DNA of 64,000 bases. It comes from Dehalococcoidia bacterium (GTDB lineage Bacteria; Chloroflexota; Dehalococcoidia; UBA2979). Positions 1 through 9,135 of this stretch are shown one piece after another. The DNA lies in assembly GCA_963667465.2 (NCBI GenBank), contig CAXXDN010000001.1, positions 672,001 to 736,000 on the forward strand, written 5' to 3'. Every line of letters begins with the position of its first letter. The stretch's first letter is position 1. Under the pieces are notes generated by a model that worked only from the letters and a program-made list of their open reading frames with translations, was not told the DNA's origin and did no database searches. Both the position numbers and the translations under genes were made by a program.

Positions 1-522
1 GTGAACTTCAACGAGGTGAAGCTCGCCTCGTTCCCCGTCCAGCAGCCGCACCCGGAGGTCTGGATCCACGGCGGCAACCTGCGCGCGTTGCGGCGCGCGA
101 TCAGCTACGGGACCGGCTGGGGCCCGATCGTCGGGCCCGGCCTCTCGACCGGCTCCGGCAGCACGGACTTCAAGATCGGCGCCACCGACGACGGCGGCAC
201 GGACGACCCCTACGCCGAGCTCGTGCAGGCGCTGGACCAGGAGCACCCCGGCGTCCACGTGCCGCACTCCAGGACCTACACCTGGATGACCGAGGTGCTG
301 GAGCGCGAGCGTGACGCAATCGAGGCGCGCGACGAGCCCCTCGGCCTGTGGCTCAACTTCCGCGTCGACAAGAGCACCGTCGGTGACGCCAACAGCCTGA
401 TCGAGGAGCAGGTCGAGCGCGGCGCGACGAAGCTCAGCGTCGGCATCAACGCCGAGACGCTCGAGGATCACAACGCGACGCTGCGCGCCATCGGCGAGCA
501 GGTCCTGCCCAACTGGCGCTGA
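1..522 (+). CDS. LLM-class (luciferase-like, possibly F420-dependent) oxidoreductase, C-terminal part, 5'-truncated by window edge
   Basis: P-VQQPHPEVWIHGG...ALRRA...GTGW and terminal GEQVLP are typical of LLM C-terminal halves. Confidence 0.75.
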   Translation: MNFNEVKLASFPVQQPHPEVWIHGGNLRALRRAISYGTGWGPIVGPGLSTGSGSTDFKIGATDDGGTDDPYAELVQALDQEHPGVHVPHSRTYTWMTEVLERERDAIEARDEPLGLWLNFRVDKSTVGDANSLIEEQVERGATKLSVGINAETLEDHNATLRAIGEQVLPNWR

Positions 523-619
523 CGACACCCCGCGCCGCTGACGCCCCGGAGGCCCGCTGCCAAGGCGGGTCTCCGCGCGTGATCGCCCGGCGACTCGCGA
601 GGCCTCGAGGAGGCGTGCC

Positions 620-1522
620 GTGCTGAGCGTCTTCTTCGAGGTGGTGCTGCCGGTCATGCTCGTCGCCGCTGCCGGGGCGGTGGTCGGGCGCTGGCGAGCC
701 GTACCCGCCGAGCCGCTCTCGGCGGTGGTCTTCCTCCTGTTCACCCCGGCGCTGGTCTACGACTCGCTGGCGAACTCGGACCTGGCGGCGGGGCTCTCGC
801 TGCGCATCGCCGCCGTGGCGCTGATCGGCTACGTCGTTGGCTACGTCGCGGCGACCGCCTGGTCGCTGCTCGTGCGGCACGAACCGCCACAGCGCGCGGC
901 GTTTGCGCTGGTCGTGACCTCGCTCAACACCGGCAACATGGGCATCGCCGTCGCGCTGCTCGCCTTCGACGAGATCGGCGTGCAGGTCGCGGTCCTGACC
1001 TGGGTGGTGCACGCCACGCTCATCACCTCGGCGGGGATCGTGATCGCCACGCTGCCGAGCGGTTCCTCGAGGCGGGCGCTGGTCAAGCCCTTCGCCTACC
1101 CGGCGCTCTACGCGGCAGTCCTCGGCTTCATCGCGAACGGTCTGGACGCCGAGCTGCCCGTCACGATCGAGGCCCCGATCGCTACGCTGGCGGATGCCGC
1201 CGTGCCGGCGATGCTGGTGGTGCTGGGGCTGCAGCTCGGGCGCGGGCTCGGCGACCTCGGCGAGCTGGCGGACTCCGCCGCGGCGTCCGTGCTGCGGCTG
1301 CTGCTCGGGCCGCTGGTCGCCCTCGGTGCGGCGCTGGCGCTGGGCCTGGAGGGCACGACCCGGGACGTGGTCATCGTGCTGGCCGGGATGCCGACGGCGG
1401 TAATCGCCACGATCGTGGCGACGGAGTTCGACGTGCGTCCGCAGTTCGTCACGCGCTCCGTGGTGACCTCGACGCTGGCGAGCGTGGCGACGCTGACGGT
1501 GCTGCTGACGCTGGTCGGGTAG
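620..1522 (+). CDS. AEC (auxin efflux carrier) family transporter
   Basis: Multiple hydrophobic segments; NTGNMG and GMPTAV motifs; GAGGAGG RBS before GTG. Confidence 0.85.
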   Translation: MLSVFFEVVLPVMLVAAAGAVVGRWRAVPAEPLSAVVFLLFTPALVYDSLANSDLAAGLSLRIAAVALIGYVVGYVAATAWSLLVRHEPPQRAAFALVVTSLNTGNMGIAVALLAFDEIGVQVAVLTWVVHATLITSAGIVIATLPSGSSRRALVKPFAYPALYAAVLGFIANGLDAELPVTIEAPIATLADAAVPAMLVVLGLQLGRGLGDLGELADSAAASVLRLLLGPLVALGAALALGLEGTTRDVVIVLAGMPTAVIATIVATEFDVRPQFVTRSVVTSTLASVATLTVLLTLVG

Positions 1523-1544
1523 GGCGTGGTCGCAAGGCGTCGTG

Positions 1545-1671
1545 TCAATTTGCTATCAGAGTCGCATAGATTGATAGCAAATTGAGGGTTGCTTGCGACG
1601 AATGCGAGCTTCACCAGCTTGTGATAGCTTTATATCAAGCCGAGAGAAACTGATAGCAAATTGAGAGTTGC
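1545..1671. promoter_or_regulatory. Putative operator array upstream of the Fic gene (TGATAGCAAATTGA boxes)
   Basis: Perfect 14-bp inverted repeat at 1545-1558 / 1572-1585 and a third copy at 1651-1664, in an AT-rich patch. Confidence 0.65.
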
Positions 1672-1674
1672 ACT

Positions 1675-3039
1675 GTGAAGATCCCACAGCGCCCGCCGCC
1701 GCTGGAGCAGCTCATCGAGGATCTTGGTGGTGATCCGGAGTTCATGTGGGGTGTCATCGCGACGAGCCGCCCCGTCGATGACAGGGGTCGCTACTTGCAC
1801 TGGGACCAACTGCGCAGGCGCACCCCTCCAGAGGGGTTGACCCACGAGGCGTGGTGGCTCGGCATGTCGATGGCGCGCCGGGGGGTCGCCCGGACGCTCC
1901 CGCTATCCGATGTCGACCACCGGCCGTTCCACTTCAGCAACATCGACCAGATCCAGGAACTGGTCCACCGCATCGACCAGCAGGCAAGCGGTCAGATCGT
2001 CGCGGGGGAAGTGGTAACGAGCCTCCAGGCGAGCGATCGTTACCTCGTGAGTTCCCTCCACGAGGAAGCCATCGCGTCCAGCCAACTTGAGGGCGCCAGT
2101 ACGACGCGACGCGTTGCCAAGGAGATGCTGCGGACCGGTCGGCGGCCCCGCGATCGCAGCGAGCAGATGATCCTCAACAACTTCGAGGTGCTCCGGGCGG
2201 CGGCAGCTTTGGCAGAGGCCGACAATCCCCTGACGCCTCGCGATGTCCTCGATCTGCAGCGCACCGCCATGGTTGAGACGCTCGAAGATGAGCGCGACGC
2301 CGGCAGGTTTCAACGTCCCGAGGACAAGCGCGTCGTCGTCGAGTGGAATGACGGGACAATCATCCATCGTCCGCCTCCCGCTGGCGATCTTCCCGCGCGC
2401 CTCGATCAGCTGTGCGAGTTTGCCAACGGACTCAGCGGTGAGGGGTTCATTCACCCGGTCGTGCGCGCAATCGTTCTGCACTTTGCGCTCGCCTACGACC
2501 ACCCCTTCGCCGACGGCAACGGACGCACGGCGCGCGCCCTCTTCTACTGGTCGATGCTGCGCTCCGGATACTGGCTGACACAGTACCTCACGATCTCCAG
2601 CATCCTCCGCGGGGCGCCAGCGCAGTACGCGAGATCGTATCTGCATGTCGAAACGGACGGCGGCGACTTGACGTACTTCGTGCTCTACCAACTCGAGGTC
2701 ATCGAGCGCGCGCTCAAGGGCCTCGACGAGTACCTGAAGCGGAAGATGGCGGAGCAGCGGCGAGCCGAGCGAATATTGCGAGACAGCCGACTCCTCAACC
2801 ACCGTCAGATCGCGCTCGTGAGCGACGCTATGCGCGATCCGGACGCGTGGTTCACGATCCAGGAGCAAGCGCGGCGGCACCGCGTTACCTATGCCACGGC
2901 CCGCTCTGACCTGCTGGGGCTCGAGGAGCAAGGTCTCTTCAGCAAGACCCGCATCGGCAAGAAGTTTGTCTTCCGGCCCAGTGCCGATCTCACCGAGAGG
3001 TTCAGCGGATCTCGCACCCGGCTGGGAGCGCACAGATGA
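1675..3039 (+). CDS. Fic family protein (AMPylase) with internal inhibitory motif and probable C-terminal winged HTH
   Basis: HPFADGNGRTAR Fic motif; SSQLEG matches the (S/T)xxxE(G/N) inhibitory motif; YATARSDLLGLEEQG is HTH-like. Confidence 0.92.
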   Translation: MKIPQRPPPLEQLIEDLGGDPEFMWGVIATSRPVDDRGRYLHWDQLRRRTPPEGLTHEAWWLGMSMARRGVARTLPLSDVDHRPFHFSNIDQIQELVHRIDQQASGQIVAGEVVTSLQASDRYLVSSLHEEAIASSQLEGASTTRRVAKEMLRTGRRPRDRSEQMILNNFEVLRAAAALAEADNPLTPRDVLDLQRTAMVETLEDERDAGRFQRPEDKRVVVEWNDGTIIHRPPPAGDLPARLDQLCEFANGLSGEGFIHPVVRAIVLHFALAYDHPFADGNGRTARALFYWSMLRSGYWLTQYLTISSILRGAPAQYARSYLHVETDGGDLTYFVLYQLEVIERALKGLDEYLKRKMAEQRRAERILRDSRLLNHRQIALVSDAMRDPDAWFTIQEQARRHRVTYATARSDLLGLEEQGLFSKTRIGKKFVFRPSADLTERFSGSRTRLGAHR

Positions 3040-4241
3040 CGGCTCCGCTGGCGGGCATTCGCGTGATCGAGGCGGCGACGTGGCTGGCGGCGCCCTCGGC
3101 GGCGGCGCTGCTGGCCGATCTCGGCGCTGACGTGATCAAGATCGAGCCGCCGGGCGGCGACCCCTGGCGGCATTTCGATCCGAGCTCGATGGGCTTCGAG
3201 GAGCCCTCGGCGATCCAGTACGGCTTCGAGTTCGACAACCGCGGCAAGCGCTCGATCGCCATCGACCTGCGGCAGGCCGGCGCGCCGGAGCTGGTGCGGC
3301 GGCTCTGCGAGGGCGCCGACGTCTTCGTCACCAACCTGATGCAGCGCGAGCGCTGGGGCATCGACGCGGCGACGCTGCGCGCCGCCAACCCGGCGCTGAT
3401 CCACGCCGCCGTCAGCGGCTACGGCGAGCAGGGCCCCGCCGCCGACCGCGAGGGCTTCGACTACGCCGCGTTCTGGGCCAGCTCCGGCATCATGGGTCTC
3501 AGCGGCGAACCCTCCTCGCCGCCGCCGTTCTGCCGCACGGGCCAGGGCGACCACGCCACCGCGCTCAACCTGCTCAGCGCGATCCTCGTCGCGCTGCGCC
3601 TGCGCGACCAGAGCGGCGAGGGCCAGAGCGTCGAGGTCAACCTGCTGCAGACCGGGCTGTGGACGATCGGCGCCGACGTGGCCGTCGCCGCCGTCAGCGG
3701 CGAGCAGCCCCGCCGCTACGACCGCTCGCAGCCATGGAACCCGATCCGCAACTCCTATCAGACCCGCGACGGCCGCTGGCTGCTGCTCGGTATGACCCAG
3801 GCTGATCGCTTCTGGCCCCGCTTCGTCGCCATGATCGGCGAGCCCGCGTGGGCGCTCGATCCGCGCTTCGCGAACCTCGAGGGCCGCAAGCGGCACGCCG
3901 CCGAGCTGCGCCAGCGGATCGAGGAACTGATCGCCTCGGCCGACCTCGCCGAGTGGGCACGGCGGCTGGACGAGGCGGAGCTTGTCTGGGCGCCCGTCGC
4001 GACCCTGCCGGAGGCGCTGGCCGACCCGCAGGTGGAGGCGAACGGCATGCTCGAGGAGGTCCAGCACCCGGAAGCCGGCGCCTTCCGCACGCTGGCCGCG
4101 CCGTTCCACATCAGCGGCGCGCAGACCGGGGTGCGCGGACCGGCGCCCGCGCCCGGCGAGCACACCAGCGAGGTGCTGGACGAGATCGGCCTCGGCGACG
4201 ACGAGATCGCGGGCCTCGCGGCGTCCGGCGTCTTCGGGTAG
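3036..4241 (+). CDS. Class III CoA-transferase (CaiB/BaiF family)
   Basis: LADLGADVIKIEPPGGD, NRGKRS, catalytic-position Asp in QGDH, APAPGEHT. Confidence 0.92.
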   Translation: MTAPLAGIRVIEAATWLAAPSAAALLADLGADVIKIEPPGGDPWRHFDPSSMGFEEPSAIQYGFEFDNRGKRSIAIDLRQAGAPELVRRLCEGADVFVTNLMQRERWGIDAATLRAANPALIHAAVSGYGEQGPAADREGFDYAAFWASSGIMGLSGEPSSPPPFCRTGQGDHATALNLLSAILVALRLRDQSGEGQSVEVNLLQTGLWTIGADVAVAAVSGEQPRRYDRSQPWNPIRNSYQTRDGRWLLLGMTQADRFWPRFVAMIGEPAWALDPRFANLEGRKRHAAELRQRIEELIASADLAEWARRLDEAELVWAPVATLPEALADPQVEANGMLEEVQHPEAGAFRTLAAPFHISGAQTGVRGPAPAPGEHTSEVLDEIGLGDDEIAGLAASGVFG

Positions 4242-4286
4242 CGTGCGCCTGTCGGCGTCGCACGCGGGCGCGCGAGGAGGCTCCTG

Positions 4287-5015
4287 ATGGCCATGCAGCC
4301 GCTGCGCCGCATCGAGGCGTTCTACCCGCCGGAGCAGCTTGTGACGGCCACGCAGGGGCGCCGCCTCGGCGGCTGGGCGCTGGACCTGATCGCGATCGTG
4401 GCGACGTTCGGCGTCGGCTGGCTGATCTGGTTCCTGATCGTGGCCCAGCGGGGGCAGACGCCGGGCAAACAGATGCTCGGCATGTACATCATGCGCGAGG
4501 ACGGCAGCCGCGCCGGCGGCTGGTTCACGATCCTGCGCGAGATCGTCGTCAAGACGCTGTTCTCGATCGTGATCTCCGTGATCAGCGGGGTCACCAATGG
4601 CCTCGGCAGCCTGCTCTGGCTGCCCGCCGCCCTGTGGTGCACGTGGGATCGCGAGCGCCAGTGCCTCTGGGACAAGGTCGCCAACACCTACGTCGCGCAC
4701 TCGCCCGAGGGCTACCGCCCGCCGACCGCGGCGGAGCTGCGGATGCAGGGCGAGGAGCCGCCCGCGACGGCGGGCCGCACGACGGCCTCGCCCGCCTCGC
4801 CGTCCGGCCTCATGGACTACCCGCGCGCACGCCCCGGGCTCGAGGAAGACCCGCTGGAGCGTGACATGAGCGCAGAGGCCCTGGCCTCCACGCCCACGAC
4901 CCGCGAGAGCAGCGCCGCCGATCGCCTGCGCGAGCTGCAGCGCCTCCGCGACGAGGGCCTGATCACCCCCGAGCAGTACGAGGAGCGCCGCGCTGCCATC
5001 CTCGAGGATCTGTAG
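4287..5015 (+). CDS. RDD family membrane protein with C-terminal SHOCT-like domain
   Basis: RRLGGWALD...GQTPGK...RQCLWDKVANT; C-terminal RLRELQRLRDEGLITPEQYEERR. Confidence 0.85.
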   Translation: MAMQPLRRIEAFYPPEQLVTATQGRRLGGWALDLIAIVATFGVGWLIWFLIVAQRGQTPGKQMLGMYIMREDGSRAGGWFTILREIVVKTLFSIVISVISGVTNGLGSLLWLPAALWCTWDRERQCLWDKVANTYVAHSPEGYRPPTAAELRMQGEEPPATAGRTTASPASPSGLMDYPRARPGLEEDPLERDMSAEALASTPTTRESSAADRLRELQRLRDEGLITPEQYEERRAAILEDL

Positions 5016-5116
5016 CAACGAGTTGTAGCCCTCGCCCCCCACCCCGTCGCCACCCCTCCTCCCGTGGCGTAGCCTGCGCCCGGCGCAGCCGCGTCGCGTG
5101 CGAGAGGGAGGCCGCC

Positions 5117-5854
5117 ATGGGCAGGCTCGAGGGCAAGACCGCGCTGATCACCGGCGGCGCGCGGGGGCAAGGCGCCGCCGAGGCCGCACTGTTCGCCGAG
5201 GAGGGCGCGAACGTCGTACTCACCGACGTGCTCGACGCGGACGGCGAGCGGACGGCCGATACCGTCGGCGGCACCTTCCTGCACCACGACGTGACCAGCG
5301 AGGACGAGTGGGCGGCCGTCGTCGCGCGCGCCGTCGAGCTGCACGGCGGCATCGACATCCTGGTGAACAACGCCGGGATCTACATCGAGAACTCGCTCGT
5401 CGGCAGCGAACTTGACGAGTACCGGCGCGTGATAGAGGTCAACCAGATCGGCGTCTACCTCGGGATGCGCGAGGTCGTGCCGGTGCTGATCGAGCGCGGA
5501 GGCGGCTCGATCGTGAACATCTCTTCCACCGCTGGCCTGCAGGGCGCCCCCGGCTCGTTCGCCTACTCCGCGAGCAAGTGGGCGGTGCGCGGCATGACGA
5601 AGTCGGCGGCGGTGCGACTCGGCCCGCACGGCGTCCGTGTGAACTCGATCCATCCGGGCGCGGTCGACACGCCGATGATTGCCGATACGCGGATGGCCGA
5701 TCCCGCCAACCGCGAGGTGTTGCTGGGCGTGATTCCGCTGGGCCGGATGGCGCAACCCGAGGAGGTGGCGCGGCTCGCGCTGTTCCTCGCCTCGGACGAG
5801 AGTTCCTACAGCACCGGCTCTGAGTTCGTGATCGACGGCGGCCTGACGGCCTGA
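5117..5854 (+). CDS. Short-chain dehydrogenase/reductase, copy 1 (3alpha,20beta-HSD-like), 245 aa
   Basis: TGGARGQG, NNAG, YSASK. Confidence 0.93.
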   Translation: MGRLEGKTALITGGARGQGAAEAALFAEEGANVVLTDVLDADGERTADTVGGTFLHHDVTSEDEWAAVVARAVELHGGIDILVNNAGIYIENSLVGSELDEYRRVIEVNQIGVYLGMREVVPVLIERGGGSIVNISSTAGLQGAPGSFAYSASKWAVRGMTKSAAVRLGPHGVRVNSIHPGAVDTPMIADTRMADPANREVLLGVIPLGRMAQPEEVARLALFLASDESSYSTGSEFVIDGGLTA

Positions 5855-5931
5855 CGCGCGCTCGCGGGCAGCCGGACGCCTCGCGTAGCCTGCGCCCCGG
5901 CGCGTAGACGCCGCGCGAGGGGGAGGCAGCT

Positions 5932-6669
5932 ATGGGCAGGCTCGAGGGCAAGACGGCGCTGATCACCGGCGGCGCGCGCGGGCAGGGCGCCGCGGAGGCG
6001 GCGCTGTTCGCTGAGGAGGGCGCGAACGTCATCCTCACCGACGTGCTCGACGATGACGGCGAGCGGACTGCTGACATCATCGGCGGCACGTTCCTGCACC
6101 ACGACGTGACCAGCGAGGACGAGTGGGCGGCGGTCGTCGCGCGCGCCGTCGAGTTGCACGGCGGACTGGACGTGCTGGTCAACAACGCCGCGATCTACAG
6201 CCCGTCCCCGTTCCTCGAAACCGAGCCTGACGAGTACCGGCGGGTGATCGAGGTCAACCAGGTCGGTGTCTACCTCGGGATGCGCGAGGTCGCTCCGGTC
6301 ATGATCGAGCGCGGGGGCGGCTCGATCATCAATATCTCCTCGGGCGCGGGCATGCGCGCCGGCTCCAGCGGGTTCGCCTACGCGGCGAGCAAGTGGGCGG
6401 TGCGGGGCATGACGAAGTCGGCCGCTGTGCAACTCGGCCCGCACGGCATCCGCGTCAACTCGATCCATCCCGGCCTGATCGATACGGTGATGCTGGGTCA
6501 GACCCGGATCGTCCAGCGGGGCAACCTCGACGCGGCGGTGGAGCGTATCCCGCTGCGCCGGGTTGGCCAGCCCGAGGAGGTCGCGAGACTCGCGCTCTTC
6601 CTCGCCTCGGACGAGAGCGCCTACAGCACCGGCTCCGAGTTCATCGTGGACGGCGGCGCGCTGGCCTGA
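5932..6669 (+). CDS. SDR, copy 2, 245 aa
   Basis: TGGARGQG, NNAA, YAASK; paralogue of its neighbours. Confidence 0.93.
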   Translation: MGRLEGKTALITGGARGQGAAEAALFAEEGANVILTDVLDDDGERTADIIGGTFLHHDVTSEDEWAAVVARAVELHGGLDVLVNNAAIYSPSPFLETEPDEYRRVIEVNQVGVYLGMREVAPVMIERGGGSIINISSGAGMRAGSSGFAYAASKWAVRGMTKSAAVQLGPHGIRVNSIHPGLIDTVMLGQTRIVQRGNLDAAVERIPLRRVGQPEEVARLALFLASDESAYSTGSEFIVDGGALA

Positions 6670-6745
6670 CGCGCGCGGGCTGGCGGGTTGGACGCGTGGC
6701 GTAGCCTGCGCGCGGCGCATTCGCGTCGCGCGGGAGGAGGCCGCG

Positions 6746-7483
6746 ATGGACAGGCTCGAGGGCAAGACGGCGCTGATCACCGGTGGGGCGCGCGGACAGG
6801 GCGCGGCGGAGGCGAGGCTCTTCGCCGAGGAAGGCGCAAACGTCGTCCTCACAGACGTGCTCGACGAGGAGGGCGAGCAGACGGCCGCCGAAGCCGGCGG
6901 CGCCTTCCTCCACCACGACGTGACGAGCGAGGAGGAGTGGGCGTCCGTCGTCGCTCGCACGGTCGAGCTGCACGGCGGGATCGACGTGCTGATCAACAAC
7001 GCCGGCATCTACATGCCGACGCCCCTCGTCGGCGGCGATCTCGGCGACTATCGGCGCGTGATCGAGGTCAACCAGGTGGGCGTCTACCTCGGGATGCGCG
7101 AGGTTGCGCCGGTGATGATCGAGCGCGGAGGCGGCTCGATCATCAATATCTCCTCGGTCGGCGGTCTGCGCGGCGGCGGTGTCGCGTTCGGCTACACCGC
7201 GAGCAAGTGGGCGGTGCGCGGCATGACGAAGTCGGCGGCGGTCGCACTGGGCCGCTACGGCATCCGCGTGAACTCGGTTCACCCGGGTCCGATCGAGACC
7301 CCGATGCTGTACCAGATCCCGGCTATCGAGGCGGGCGGGCTCGACGAGACGTTGCGGCGCGTCCCGCTGGGCCGGGTCGCTGAGGCCGGGGAAGTCGCGA
7401 AGCTCACGCTGTTCCTCGCCTCGGACGAGAGCGCCTACAGCACGGGCTCCGAGTTCGTGATCGACGGGGGCATGACGGCCTGA
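6746..7483 (+). CDS. SDR, copy 3, 245 aa (start re-called at ATG 6746)
   Basis: GGAGGAGG RBS, then MDRLEGK aligns with the other copies; YTASK. Confidence 0.93.
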   Translation: MDRLEGKTALITGGARGQGAAEARLFAEEGANVVLTDVLDEEGEQTAAEAGGAFLHHDVTSEEEWASVVARTVELHGGIDVLINNAGIYMPTPLVGGDLGDYRRVIEVNQVGVYLGMREVAPVMIERGGGSIINISSVGGLRGGGVAFGYTASKWAVRGMTKSAAVALGRYGIRVNSVHPGPIETPMLYQIPAIEAGGLDETLRRVPLGRVAEAGEVAKLTLFLASDESAYSTGSEFVIDGGMTA

Positions 7484-7533
7484 CGCGCGCGCGCCCGAGG
7501 GCGTAGCCTGCCTTCCGTCGAAGGGAGGCCGCC

Positions 7534-8271
7534 ATGGGCAGGCTCGAGGGCAAGACGGCGCTGATCACCGGTGGGGCGCGCGGACAGGGCGCGGCGGAGG
7601 CGAGGCTCTTCGCCGAGGAAGGTGCAAACGTCGTCCTCAGCGACGTGCTCGACGAGGCCGGCGAACGGACGGCCGACATCATCGGCGGCGCCTTCCTCCA
7701 CCACGACGTGACCAGCGAGGAGCAATGGGCGGCCGTCGTCGCTCGCACGGTCGAGCTGCACGGCGGCATCGACGTGCTCGTGAACAACGCCGGCGTCTAC
7801 CGTGGGTCGTCGCTGATCGACTGCGGCATCGAGGAGTACCGGCTCGTAATCGAAGTCAACCAGATCGGCGTCTTTCTCGGGATGCGTGAGGTCGCGCCGG
7901 TACTGATCGAGCGCGGGGGCGGCTCGATCGTCAACATCTCCTCGGTCGCCGGAATGCGCGCCGGTCGCAGCGGCTTCGCCTACGGCGCCAGCAAGTGGGC
8001 GGTGCGAGGCATGACCAGATCGGCCGCCGCGCAGCTCGGCCCGCACGGGATCCGCGTCAACTCGATCCACCCGGGCGTGATCGAGACGCCGATGCTCGCC
8101 GATACCAGCATGGCCGACCCCGCCAACATCGCGGAGGTGAGCGGACGGGCGCCGCTCGGGCGCATCGGGCGGCCCGAGGAGGTCGCGCGGCTCGCGCTGT
8201 TCCTCGCCTCGGACGAGAGCTCCTACAGCAGCGGCTCCGAGTTCATCGTTGACGGCGGCCTGATCGCCTGA
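7534..8271 (+). CDS. SDR, copy 4, 245 aa
   Basis: TGGARGQG, NNAG, YGASK. Confidence 0.93.
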   Translation: MGRLEGKTALITGGARGQGAAEARLFAEEGANVVLSDVLDEAGERTADIIGGAFLHHDVTSEEQWAAVVARTVELHGGIDVLVNNAGVYRGSSLIDCGIEEYRLVIEVNQIGVFLGMREVAPVLIERGGGSIVNISSVAGMRAGRSGFAYGASKWAVRGMTRSAAAQLGPHGIRVNSIHPGVIETPMLADTSMADPANIAEVSGRAPLGRIGRPEEVARLALFLASDESSYSSGSEFIVDGGLIA

Positions 8272-8277
8272 CCGCGG

Positions 8278-8658
8278 CTAGCGCCCCTCGGGGAGCTGCA
8301 GCAGCTGCAGCGTGTTGCCGTCCGGGTCCGCGAAGGTGGCGACGAGGCCGCCCCACGGCTCGGGCCCGGGCGGGCGGCTGAACGCGACGCCCGCCTCGCG
8401 CAGCCGGACGTGCTCGGCCTCGATGTCCTCGACGGCGAAGTTGATCATCACGCGCAGCGGGTCGCGGGCCGGGCCGCCGATAGCCTCGTGGACGGCGATC
8501 GTGAGGCGCAGGCCACCCCACTCGAAGTCGACATGATTCGCGCGGTCGGCGCGCGGCGCGAGGCCGAGCGTCTCCACGTAGAAGTCGCGCAGCGCCCGGA
8601 AGCGCGCCGCCTCGGTCCAGACGAGGACGCCGTTGACGGGGCCGAGGCCGCTGCCCAT
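8278..8658 (-). CDS. VOC/glyoxalase family protein (start re-called at 8658)
   Basis: FYVETLGL...INFAVEDIE...EPWGG..ATFADPDGN; AGGAG RBS upstream of the ATG. Confidence 0.88.
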   Translation of the reverse strand: MGSGLGPVNGVLVWTEAARFRALRDFYVETLGLAPRADRANHVDFEWGGLRLTIAVHEAIGGPARDPLRVMINFAVEDIEAEHVRLREAGVAFSRPPGPEPWGGLVATFADPDGNTLQLLQLPEGR

Positions 8659-8698
8659 GGGGTCGCTCCTTCGCCCGCGATCGTCCCGGTGCGGCCAC

Positions 8699-8990
8699 GA
8701 GGGCGCAAGCGGTGGCAAGGAGGCCGCCTCCGGCTGCGCCGGCGAGCCCCTCATCCTCACTCTCTCCCGCCAGGGGAGAGGGGATCGGAGGGTCTCGCGG
8801 AGCCCTGAGGGCGCAAGCGGTGGCACGGAGGCGGCCCTCCGGCTGCGCCGGCGAGCCCCTCATCCTCACCCGTCAGGGAGAGAGGGGACCGGAGGGGCCT
8901 CGAGGGCGTAACAGCCGACCAAGCCCGTTGTCGGGCCGGCGAGCCCCCTCACCCCCGCCCTCTCCCCCAGGAGAGGGGGCCGGAGGGGGC
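8699..8990. repeat. Three tandem degenerate copies of a ~90-110 bp REP-like element
   Basis: Units start GAGGGCG(C/T)AA at 8699, 8807 and 8902, contain GGCGAGCCCC, and end in a GAGAGGG..CGGAGGG purine tract preceded by a complementary CCCTC-rich tract. Confidence 0.8.
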
Positions 8991-9135
8991 TACATGGCTG
9001 AATGGAGCGGCCTCGAAGAATCCGGATTGGGGGCGTGGGGGGCGAAGCCCCCACAGAAGGAGGATCCGAGGGCGGGTGGGTGGGCTGAGCGGCGCGCAGC
9101 CCGCCACAGAGGGGACCGGAGGTGGAGGGCGCGGG

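Noticed and set aside
5117-8271. Diversity-generating retroelement or invertase shufflon behind the SDR variation
   Set aside because: No reverse transcriptase or recombinase nearby, all copies are complete co-oriented genes, and the differences are not evidently adenine-specific.
8699-8990. Possible CRISPR array
   Set aside because: Units are 90-110 bp and degenerate, the intervening parts are similar rather than unique, single copies occur elsewhere, and there are no cas genes.
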